A stretch of DNA of 25,122 nucleotides, from positions 1 through 25,122 of IMG/VR virus record IMGVR_UViG_3300049782_000061, one strand, 5' to 3'. Both the position numbers and the translations under genes were made by a program. Positions 7,661 to 14,927 of this stretch are shown here, one piece after another; within the stretch, counting starts at the first letter, position 1; the number at the start of each line of letters is the position of its first letter. The DNA is from a virus. Lineage: Duplodnaviria; Caudoviricetes. Below the pieces are notes generated by a model. That model worked only from the letters and a program-made list of their open reading frames with translations. It searched no databases and was not told where the DNA came from.

Positions 7661-7951
7661 ATGCCGACCAGCCTGAAGGCGGCCACCGACTGCCTCCGCG
7701 CCACCCTGACCTCTGCCCAAGAAGAGCGGAAGCAGCGACCCGACCTCGTAGACGGTCCCGACGGACCCGAGCGCGCATGGGCCACCTACGAGCGCACCCG
7801 CATGCACGAAAAGGTCAACGAACTCCGCGCCGAACGTGACCTTCCGCCCGTGCCGCTCACCGACATCGTGCGCGTCGAACGGCAGGCAGCCGGCCACACC
7901 GACTACATCCTCAAGTTCGCGTTCTACTGCGCCGAACTCGCCGAGAAGTGA
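7661..7951 (+). CDS. Array gene 7: hypothetical protein (96 aa)
   Basis: ATG at the repeat start position; ends CAELAEK-stop in a half repeat. Confidence 0.8.
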   Translation: MPTSLKAATDCLRATLTSAQEERKQRPDLVDGPDGPERAWATYERTRMHEKVNELRAERDLPPVPLTDIVRVERQAAGHTDYILKFAFYCAELAEK

Positions 7952-7965
7952 AATACTAAACACCA

Positions 7966-8004
7966 CGGTGCCCCCGACCTAGGGAAAGTAGGTCGGGGGC
8001 ACCG
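7966..8004. terminator. Perfect 16-bp stem-loop closing the array, probably bidirectional
   Basis: CGGTGCCCCCGACCTA-GGGAAAG-TAGGTCGGGGGCACCG between convergent genes. Confidence 0.85.
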
Positions 8005-8023
8005 CCATGCAGCGTACCGATGC

Positions 8024-8308
8024 TCAGGTCCGCATCGTGAACGAGCCACCCGCCGCGATTTGCTCTGCGTACTGCGTCAGTTCCGGCTCCGTGATCGATC
8101 CACCCGGCGTCACCTTCGCCCACCGCTGAGTCAGCACCGGCTTGATCTCCTCCACCGGCCGCCCCCGGAACTCGCGCGACATGCCGTTCAGCATCGTCTC
8201 CAGATCGCGCGCGAGCGGACGCAGCGCCTTCGCGGCCTGCTGCTGGAGCGCGCGTTCCATCTTCCGCTGGTCACTCGCCGAGAACCTGAATCCACCGCTC
8301 TTGGCCAT
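8024..8308 (-). CDS. Hypothetical protein
   Basis: 94-aa ORF with a GGGGAGG RBS. Confidence 0.75.
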   Translation of the reverse strand: MAKSGGFRFSASDQRKMERALQQQAAKALRPLARDLETMLNGMSREFRGRPVEEIKPVLTQRWAKVTPGGSITEPELTQYAEQIAAGGSFTMRT

Positions 8309-8415
8309 GGCAGCCTCCCCTCATGCAAGGAACCGCCGCCCGTCCATGAGCCCCCTTGGCCCCCGGCAGTCCGAACTGCCTCAACGTTACCCGGGGGCAC
8401 TGACAACGCTGAGGC

Positions 8416-9000
8416 TCAGCGAGTGAGGTTTTCCGTGCGGTGGAACCCCTGCCAGGACCGGGACGCGGTCGGCCCCCGCTGCCCCTGATACCGGGACCCG
8501 CGCACCGCGCTCCCGTAGGGGAACTCCGCCGGGCCGCTCATCTGGAACACCGCCAACTGCCCGACCTTCATGCCCGGCCACAGCTTGATCGGCAGAGTCG
8601 CCAGATTCGACAGCTCCAGCGTCACATGCCCCTCGAACCCGGGGTCGATGAACCCCGCCGTGGAGTGCGTGACCAAGCCCAGGCGGCCAAGAGACGACTT
8701 CCCCTCCAGTCGCGCCGCCAGGTCGTCCGGCAGCCGCACCCGCTCGAAGGTGGACGCCAGCACGAACTCCCCCGGATGCAGCACAAACGGCTCCCCGCCG
8801 TCGACCCGAACCGGCCGACCCAGGTCGTCCTGCTCCACCGCCGGGTCGATGCACGTATGCCGGTGGTTCTCGAACACGAGGAAGTCACGGTCGAGACGGA
8901 CATCGATCGACGCCGGCTGAAGCATCGCCTCGTCGTACGGCGTCAGGCCGAGCCGGCCGCCAGATATCGCTGCATGAAGGTCTCTATCGGAAAGGAGCAC
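8416..9000 (-). CDS. dcd: dCTP deaminase
   Basis: [61 protein letters not shown]. Confidence 0.97.
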   Translation of the reverse strand: MLLSDRDLHAAISGGRLGLTPYDEAMLQPASIDVRLDRDFLVFENHRHTCIDPAVEQDDLGRPVRVDGGEPFVLHPGEFVLASTFERVRLPDDLAARLEGKSSLGRLGLVTHSTAGFIDPGFEGHVTLELSNLATLPIKLWPGMKVGQLAVFQMSGPAEFPYGSAVRGSRYQGQRGPTASRSWQGFHRTENLTR

Positions 9001-9009
9001 GTCAGAAGC

Positions 9010-9204
9010 CTAGACGCGGCCCGACGCCGCCTTCCCCTGGGCTGCTCGCCACTCCTCCAGCTCCCGCCGGCACAGCACACACAGCGGGTTCCCGCCCGGC
9101 CCGTACCGGTGCGTCGGATGCTGGCACTTCGTACACGGCCCCACGTACGACGGGGCGCACTCCGGGGCCGGCGGAACAGGTCTGTCAGAGATCGGGCTGC
9201 TCAT
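9010..9204 (-). CDS. Small Cys4 zinc-binding protein
   Basis: CTKC...HRYGPGGNPLCVLC; ATGA overlap with the RHH gene. Confidence 0.7.
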   Translation of the reverse strand: MSSPISDRPVPPAPECAPSYVGPCTKCQHPTHRYGPGGNPLCVLCRRELEEWRAAQGKAASGRV

Positions 9205-9404
9205 ACCGCAGATCCTCCCTCAGCCCGAGCGGCCGTTGCCTGCTCCCGGCGCTTCTTGCGGATCCAGTCGTGCACAGCCTCGATCAGAACGTCAGATCGC
9301 GCACGCCCCTCGGCCTTGACCAGCTCATCCAGCTCTTCCCGAAGCGCTACGGGCGGGCGGAATGAGATGGGTGGTGTTTGTCCGGTAGCCGGCCTGCCGA
9401 CCAT
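9201..9404 (-). CDS. Ribbon-helix-helix (CopG-like) regulator
   Basis: GRPATGQTPPISFRPPVALREELDELVKAEGRARSDVLIEAV; GAGGAGG RBS. Confidence 0.85.
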   Translation of the reverse strand: MVGRPATGQTPPISFRPPVALREELDELVKAEGRARSDVLIEAVHDWIRKKRREQATAARAEGGSAV

Positions 9405-9421
9405 ATCCCCTCCTCGGTTGC

Positions 9422-9501
9422 TGTCATACAGAAACTAGCATCCATCTGCCTCTCCGGGTTGACAAGGGCACCCAACGGGAGCATTCTTGTAATACAGAAA
9501 C
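9422..9501. promoter_or_regulatory. Divergent promoter region with two operator-like boxes
   Basis: TGTCATACAGAAAC (9422-9435) and TGTAATACAGAAAC (9488-9501) flank TTGACA (9459-9464), a 17-nt spacer and CATTCT (9482-9487). Confidence 0.65.
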
Positions 9502-9525
9502 GGGCATGGATCAGGGGAGAAGCTA

Positions 9526-10137
9526 ATGGGTAACCAGGTCATCAGCGTCAACGGAACCGAGACCACCCTCACCGCGGCCGGCCTCATGACCTGGACCGCC
9601 ATGGACCTCACCCTCCGCCTCCGCCCCAACATGACGTGGCGCGCCACCCGCGGCGACCTCGCCGGCCACGGCGACACCGCCCAGGCAGCCACCGACGACC
9701 TGATCGCCGCTGAGAACAAGGTCGCCAAGGTCGTGCAACTGGCCGGACGCTCCACGAAGGGCCAGAACTTCGCCCGCGAGATGCGCGCCCACCTCCGCAT
9801 CGGCCCCCGCACCCGCCGCTTCAACAGCAGGAAGTGGACTGAGGATGGCCACCGCGACGTCATGCAGGCCATCGCTGATGCCAACAACTACCCCGGCAGC
9901 ACGACCGCCGAGCGAGAGGCCATCTTCCAGACCGCCTTCGCCGCCCTCTGCTCCTGGGAGAAGCACATCCTCGGCGGACGCGCTGACGCCAGCCTCGTCG
10001 CCCACATCAACCAGATGACCCCGTACCAGTTCGTCGCGCTCATCGGCGAGATGGTCGACGCGGGCATCAGCAACGTCGGTGAGGGCGAGCAGTTCTTCGC
10101 CAACATGGCCCGCCGCTACTACGCCCAGGCCGCCTAA
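9526..10137 (+). CDS. Hypothetical protein, independent transcription unit
   Basis: 203 aa, strong codon bias, GGGGAG RBS, candidate promoter upstream and hairpin downstream. Confidence 0.85.
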   Translation: MGNQVISVNGTETTLTAAGLMTWTAMDLTLRLRPNMTWRATRGDLAGHGDTAQAATDDLIAAENKVAKVVQLAGRSTKGQNFAREMRAHLRIGPRTRRFNSRKWTEDGHRDVMQAIADANNYPGSTTAEREAIFQTAFAALCSWEKHILGGRADASLVAHINQMTPYQFVALIGEMVDAGISNVGEGEQFFANMARRYYAQAA

Positions 10138-10143
10138 ATCGCC

Positions 10144-10178
10144 GAGCGTTGCTCCCGTATTGAGCGGGGGCAACGCTC
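10144..10178 (+). terminator. Stem-loop terminator
   Basis: GAGCGTTGCTCCCG / CGGGGGCAACGCTC, a 14-bp stem with one G:U pair. Confidence 0.75.
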
Positions 10179-10234
10179 CTGCTCCGCCGAATCACACTGG
10201 ATGCACCCCACCACGCAACGAAACGAGTTCACCT

Positions 10235-11722
10235 ATGCCCGCAGAGCCCACGTTCCGCAGTGACGTCACTGTCCATCTGGTCAAGGCCACCGCCGACGAC
10301 GCCCACGTCCTCTGGTCCGCCCGCGTCTCGACCCAGGGCGAGCAGTCCTTGGACCAGATCGGGGAGGACCCTGCCCGCTCGAAAGGGCTGATCAACTACT
10401 TGATGCGGGACAGGCACGGCTCACCGTTTGAAGCGACATCCATGACGTTCTTCGTGAACGCCCCCATCTTCGTGTTCCGCGAGTTCATGCGGCACAGAGT
10501 TGGTTGGTGTATCGCCGGAGACACCCAGATCACTACCGAGTCCATCAGCGCATCCGGCACAAGGACCACGAACCTAACGCGAATCGATGCGCTGTACGAC
10601 CGGTGGCACAACGGTGTTCGCGACAGCATGGGGCGGATACGGAAGCTCCCCAGCATTTACAGGCAGAAACTCCGAGTGCTCAATGAGGGCAGCATGCTCT
10701 TTGAGCTTGGCGGCATCTCGGACGTGATCCAGTCGGGTGAGAAGGAAGTCATCACGCTGCGAACGGAGACCGGCCAGCAGTTGGAGTGCACGGCCGATCA
10801 CGCCATCTTCACCAATGAGGGCTGGGTCAAGGCCGGCGAGCTGGAAGCCGACCACCTTCTTACCGTGGTCGGGAAGCGTCCCCGGCAGGCCGGCCACCAG
10901 ATGAGTAGGAAGCTCCGCGAGGGCATCAACGAGTGGACGATGGCGCAGAAGAACACGGTGGTGAAGCCGTACGACTGCTGCTACCTGTGTGGAGCTCGTG
11001 AGGAGCGGGAGCTACTGGGGGTCGACCACGTTGTGCCTGTCGCGGCGAACCTGACGCTGGCCCTGGACGTCAAGAACCTGGCGCCGGTCTGCCGTCCGTG
11101 CCACAAGGTGAAGTCTGCGACCGAGCAGAAACTCGCCATCCGTGGGAATACCTGCGGAGGCAAGTTCGTGCGCTACGAGCGCGTCGGAAAGCCGCGAGTC
11201 ACCATGACTTACGACCTGTCAGTGGATGGTCCCTGGCACAACTTCCTTGCCAACGGAATCGTCGTGCACAACTCATACAACGAGGAGTCGGGCCGCTACC
11301 GGGAATTGGAGCCGGTCTTCTACGTCCCGAACGCCGACCGCAAGCTGGTCCAGGAGGGCAAGCCCGGCCGGTACGTCTTCGTCGAGGGCACCGCGGGCCA
11401 GCAGGAGCTCGTCGGGCGCGCCATGGAGGACTCATACCGGCAGTCCTACGAGGCGTACCAGGAGATGCTGGCGAGGGGGGTCGCGCGGGAGGTGGCCCGC
11501 TCGGTGCTCCCCGTGGGCTTGTACTCCTCGATGTACGCCACCTGCAATGCGCGGTCGCTGATGCACTTCCTCGGGCTGCGCACCACGCACCCCGACGCCA
11601 AGGTTAAAAGCTACCCGCAGCGGGAGATCGAGATGGTCGGCGAGAAGATGGAAGCGGAGTGGGCGCGGCTCATGCCCCTCACGTACGCCGCGTTCAACGC
11701 CAACGGCCGCGTCGCCCCCTGA
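10235..11722 (+). CDS. thyX: Flavin-dependent thymidylate synthase with intein
   Basis: YLMRDRHGSPFE, FREFMRHRVGW|...|SYNEESGRY, REVARSVLP, NARSLMHFLGLR, PQREI. Confidence 0.95.
   Translation: MPAEPTFRSDVTVHLVKATADDAHVLWSARVSTQGEQSLDQIGEDPARSKGLINYLMRDRHGSPFEATSMTFFVNAPIFVFREFMRHRVGWCIAGDTQITTESISASGTRTTNLTRIDALYDRWHNGVRDSMGRIRKLPSIYRQKLRVLNEGSMLFELGGISDVIQSGEKEVITLRTETGQQLECTADHAIFTNEGWVKAGELEADHLLTVVGKRPRQAGHQMSRKLREGINEWTMAQKNTVVKPYDCCYLCGAREERELLGVDHVVPVAANLTLALDVKNLAPVCRPCHKVKSATEQKLAIRGNTCGGKFVRYERVGKPRVTMTYDLSVDGPWHNFLANGIVVHNSYNEESGRYRELEPVFYVPNADRKLVQEGKPGRYVFVEGTAGQQELVGRAMEDSYRQSYEAYQEMLARGVAREVARSVLPVGLYSSMYATCNARSLMHFLGLRTTHPDAKVKSYPQREIEMVGEKMEAEWARLMPLTYAAFNANGRVAP
10508..11272 (+). 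mobile_element. Intein (255 aa) carrying an HNH endonuclease
   Basis: Starts CIAGDT; block B ECTADHAIFTNEGW; block F TYDLSV; ends VHN followed by Ser. Internal CYLC...DHVVP...NLAPVCRPCH. Confidence 0.93.
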
Positions 11723-11731
11723 ACCCGCGGT

Positions 11732-12082
11732 TCAATCAGAAGGCGGCTGGTACCCGGCATGGCCGGCATCCTGCAAGGCCCCCTGACGCTGAGCCCTCAG
11801 GACCATCCGGGTCCGCTGCACCACGAGACCGGCGATGACCACCAGCAGCACCGTGCGGACGGCACGCAGAACCGCCGCGGCCGCACCATCCGGCCACACA
11901 GTGATCAGTACCGTGTACACGCCGAGCGCACCGATAGCCAGCGTGAACATCATGACGTGCCGGCCCACCGCCGTGGACCGCCACGGAGCATGCAGGTGAT
12001 AGACAGCCGCGAAAACAGCACACGTCAGGGCCACCAGGCCCGATGCTGCCGTGTTGGCCGCTTGAGCCCAGTCCACGTCCAT
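11732..12082 (-). CDS. Putative holin (about 3 transmembrane segments)
   Basis: Hydrophobic segments and a WRSTAVGRHVM motif; last gene of the lysis cassette. Confidence 0.75.
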   Translation of the reverse strand: MDVDWAQAANTAASGLVALTCAVFAAVYHLHAPWRSTAVGRHVMMFTLAIGALGVYTVLITVWPDGAAAAVLRAVRTVLLVVIAGLVVQRTRMVLRAQRQGALQDAGHAGYQPPSD

Positions 12083-12327
12083 CAGTGCTGCCCCCCTTCC
12101 AGAGCGGTCCTGAACGTCTCCGCGAAATGGTTCGCTTTCCGCTCACGCGCCAAGCGTGCGGCGATCTCGGCGACGGCGGGAGCGTGGGCTTCCACCTCCC
12201 GCCGCGCCCTATGGGCACGGGAAAGCGCCGACTCGGCTTCCCTCTGACCAGGTGTCGGTGTGGGCATCTCCGAGCGGTGTGGGGCGCGCTCAGGACGGCG
12301 GCGCAGCAACCGGCGTATCCATCGCAT
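12082..12327 (-). CDS. Lysis-cassette coiled-coil protein
   Basis: MRWIRRLL...RERKANHFAETFRTAL; GGAGG RBS; overlaps both neighbours. Confidence 0.7.
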   Translation of the reverse strand: MRWIRRLLRRRPERAPHRSEMPTPTPGQREAESALSRAHRARREVEAHAPAVAEIAARLARERKANHFAETFRTALEGGQH

Positions 12328-12622
12328 CCCCTGGCACCTCCCCCCGTATCGCGCGCAGGACCGTTTCAGCGGTGCGGGACAGCTCCAGCAGCTCCCCGAC
12401 CTGGTTTTGCGCTTCCATTCGTGCGGCTTCACTGACTCGGTACGCCTCCCGCCACGCATCCCTCTCCTGCATGAGCGCGGCCAAGCGATCGTCGCGGTCC
12501 TTACGGACGTCCTCCAGGACGGAGCGGGGGACGAGGCGACCGAGGATGATGAGCAGCACGACGAGAGTAACGATGGCTGCGGCGCCGCCTTGTGCGGCGT
12601 TGATTCCCAGCAGCTCGTTCAC
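12290..12622 (-). CDS. Lysis-cassette membrane protein (1 TM plus coiled coil)
   Basis: N-terminal hydrophobic helix, then GRLVPR and ERDAWREAY. Confidence 0.75.
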   Translation of the reverse strand: MNELLGINAAQGGAAAIVTLVVLLIILGRLVPRSVLEDVRKDRDDRLAALMQERDAWREAYRVSEAARMEAQNQVGELLELSRTAETVLRAIRGEVPGDAMDTPVAAPPS

Positions 12623-12699
12623 CGGTGCCGCTCCCTATCTGTGGTGGGGCACGCCTGTGCCGCTGCCAGTCGGGGTAAGGCGTGCCGGATGGTCATCGG

Positions 12700-13080
12700 T
12701 CAGACCGCGGTGGGGCGTGTCGGGGCCAGGGGGCTGGACTCCTCCAGCGGCGTGGTGGGCAGGGGCGGCGTCACCATGAACCGCTCCACGACCGCCACGC
12801 CCGCGGCGATGGCGGCCATCCACAGCGCCTGCCGGTCCGCGGACCAGTCCAGCCCGAGACCGACGAACAAACTCATGACGGCCTGCGCGGTCTGGAGCAG
12901 GGCGGCGGCCCAGGCCCCGTTGCGGGCGAGGATCGCGAGGATGAGGCCGACCACGGCGGCGGCGACAGCGTTGATGCCGGTCTGGACGCCTGCGGACACG
13001 TCGAACTCGTACCCGAGCACCTTCACGCCGGCGGCGATGAGGCCCAGCAGCAGGGCGGGCTCTCGGCCAAGGATCTTCAT
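12700..13080 (-). CDS. Holin (about 4 transmembrane segments)
   Basis: MKILGREPALLLGLI... with four hydrophobic stretches; ATGA overlap with the upstream gene. Confidence 0.8.
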   Translation of the reverse strand: MKILGREPALLLGLIAAGVKVLGYEFDVSAGVQTGINAVAAAVVGLILAILARNGAWAAALLQTAQAVMSLFVGLGLDWSADRQALWMAAIAAGVAVVERFMVTPPLPTTPLEESSPLAPTRPTAV

Positions 13081-13274
13081 TTCTGCGCTTCCTGTTCGGC
13101 GCGGCTCGCTTTGGCCGCGGAGAGATGTGCCGCCCCATTCGCGTACAGCGACATGAAGGCGACCCAGAGGACGCTGTTCTTCCAGATGAGAAGGGTCGGG
13201 ATGAGCAGCAGGGCCCAGACGCCGGCCATGCAGTAGTGAAGTAGCGCTGCCCGGCGCGGGCTGATCGCGACCAT
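13077..13274 (-). CDS. Small 2-TM membrane protein
   Basis: 65 aa, VWALLLIPTLLIWKNSVLWVAFMSLYAN, directly after the endolysin. Confidence 0.7.
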   Translation of the reverse strand: MVAISPRRAALLHYCMAGVWALLLIPTLLIWKNSVLWVAFMSLYANGAAHLSAAKASRAEQEAQK

Positions 13275-13279
13275 GCGGA

Positions 13280-14365
13280 CTACTTCCAGTACAGGCCGCG
13301 CAGGTACGCGGTCGTGACCTTGATGGACTTCTCGTCGTCCGACTTGGCCGGGTAGTAGATGACCTCGAATCGGAGCTTCTCGCTGGCGACGATGGATCCC
13401 GCGTTGTGGAAGTCGGCGAAGGTGGTGCCGTCGGTGCCGGTCCGCTCGACGATGGGCCCGGTCCAGCGGGAGCCGTCCGAGCGGAGGTGGTAGAAGCGGC
13501 CCTGAAGGGTGGCGCTGGGCGGGATGGTGGCCTGTACCTGGGCCATGGCCTGGTAGCGGGTCGCGCCGGTGAGCAGGTCGACGCCTTCGATCGGGAGAGT
13601 GGTCCACTTGCGGGGGACGATGGTGCGGTCGGTGGTGTCGTAGCGTCCGATCGGGTACGGCACGTGCTCCTCCTTCTGCGCGGGCTGGGCTGCGGGAGCC
13701 GAATCCCCTGGGCTCCAGGACGCCGGGTGCTTGAGCCGCTCGGCGACGTCGGCACGGAACTGCTGCGGGGTGAATTCGAACCTGCCGCGGGCGCCGTACC
13801 CCTCGACCGGGCCGCGGGGGTCGATCTTGCCTTCGACGGAGGTCTCCTTGTGGCAGCCGACCGACTCGGCTGACCATTCGTACTCGCGGCAGATCGCGGC
13901 GTTGATGCGGACCCACGCGTCGTACTGGGAGCGCGGGTAGGGGTCCTTGCCGTCGCCGAGGTTCTCGGTCTCGATGCCGTAAGCGATGTCGTTGCCGTCG
14001 ATCGTGCCCGACGCCTTGGACGGTGCGGGGTGGCTGGTCTTCTCGTCTCGGAAGGACTGGTAGGCGTTGACGGCCATCGGACCGGCGTGGTTCGCGCGGC
14101 CGGCCGAGCACATCGTGGCGACGCCATCCTTCGCCAAGTGAATGTGAGCGAGGGGCGGCGGGAGACCGGGGACGCCGGTCTTGGCGACGACGTCGCGGGA
14201 GTTCCGGCCAGCGGTGTGGTGGTTGAGGATCATGCGGACGGGGCCGAAGGCTATGCCGGTCTCGTCGTCGCGCTCGCGGGTGCGCCATCCCGGGTATTCG
14301 GAGACCTTCACACCCTCCGCTCGGAGGATGGCGATGAACCGGTCCGGGGACAGGGGCGAGGCCAT
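13280..14365 (-). CDS. Endolysin, N-acetylmuramoyl-L-alanine amidase (Amidase_2)
   Basis: HHTAG, RANHAG, GIETEN, HKE...KIDP zinc-amidase motifs. Confidence 0.92.
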   Translation of the reverse strand: MASPLSPDRFIAILRAEGVKVSEYPGWRTRERDDETGIAFGPVRMILNHHTAGRNSRDVVAKTGVPGLPPPLAHIHLAKDGVATMCSAGRANHAGPMAVNAYQSFRDEKTSHPAPSKASGTIDGNDIAYGIETENLGDGKDPYPRSQYDAWVRINAAICREYEWSAESVGCHKETSVEGKIDPRGPVEGYGARGRFEFTPQQFRADVAERLKHPASWSPGDSAPAAQPAQKEEHVPYPIGRYDTTDRTIVPRKWTTLPIEGVDLLTGATRYQAMAQVQATIPPSATLQGRFYHLRSDGSRWTGPIVERTGTDGTTFADFHNAGSIVASEKLRFEVIYYPAKSDDEKSIKVTTAYLRGLYWK

Positions 14366-14772
14366 CAGGACGCCTCCCCGGTCATGGGGCTGACGCGCGG
14401 GACGCGGAGCCGGTCCCAGGCCACCTGGTCGGGGATGCCGGAGACGTCGCCGCCCTCCTTGGGGCGCAGCGTGCGCTGCCAGGCCGCGAAAGCATCGCGG
14501 TGAGCGTTCGTCCAGTCCGGGCCCAGGTAGCGGCCGTCGGTGCAGCCCTCGGCCTCGAGGCGGGCGGCCATCGCCACGAAGATCATGGAGTGGCGGCCGC
14601 CGTGGAAGAACTCGGCGCCGGGGTACGGCTCGTACCGGGGCCCGCTGGTGTCGGTGTCGGGGGTCGGTTCGCTGGCGGGCGCCGGGGCAACCTCCTCAGC
14701 CGAGGTTGCGGTGGCGGTCTTCGTCTTCCGGGCAGCCGTCGGCTGGTCCTGCTCAGTGATGGGATCGGGCAT
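14365..14772 (-). CDS. Stand-alone peptidoglycan-binding domain protein
   Basis: YEPYPGAEFF...GPDWTNAHRDAFAAWQRTL...GIPDQVAWDRLRVP resembles Streptomyces phage lysin binding domains; TGATG overlap with the amidase. Confidence 0.75.
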   Translation of the reverse strand: MPDPITEQDQPTAARKTKTATATSAEEVAPAPASEPTPDTDTSGPRYEPYPGAEFFHGGRHSMIFVAMAARLEAEGCTDGRYLGPDWTNAHRDAFAAWQRTLRPKEGGDVSGIPDQVAWDRLRVPRVSPMTGEAS

Positions 14773-14895
14773 CGCCCGGTCTCCTGGATCTCCCCGCGCC
14801 CAGGTGAACAGTGCTGGCGGGCCGCTGCGCGGCCGTCCCTCGAAGGGTGGTTCCCGGGGCGGAGGGTCGCCCCTTGTGATCAGGCTAGGGCCTGC

Positions 14896-14917
14896 GGCGG
14901 GGGCTGTTGCCCCCGCC
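14896..14917 (-). terminator. Stem-loop after the tail operon
   Basis: GGCGGGGGC-TGTT-GCCCCCGCC, 10 nt past the stop at 14928. Confidence 0.5.
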
Positions 14918-14927
14918 TACTGGCTGC

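Larger units (their letters stand above)
5696..7951 (+). repeat. Seven gene-junction direct repeats, CGAGAAGTGA(GGACACCGACC-RTG)
   Basis: Cores start at 5696, 5883, 6152, 6415, 7323, 7640 and 7942. Each contains an EK-TGA gene end; the first six also carry the GAGG RBS of the next gene. Confidence 0.97.

Noticed and set aside
5696-7951. CRISPR array interpretation of the junction repeats
   Set aside because: Spacing is 187-908 bp, each interval is a complete gene, and no cas genes are in the window.
5696-7951. Classical integron (attC sites and IntI)
   Set aside because: No RYYYAAC/GTTRRRY ends or long imperfect palindrome, and the nearby recombinase is Cre-like rather than IntI-like.
8009-8018. 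GCAGCGTACC, also at 125-134 (TACGCT -10-like on the minus strand)
   Set aside because: A 10-bp match with no convincing -35; too weak to call an antisense promoter.
10079-10234. Extended ThyX N-terminus
   Set aside because: It overlaps the upstream gene and terminator; ThyX-like sequence begins near ATG 10235.
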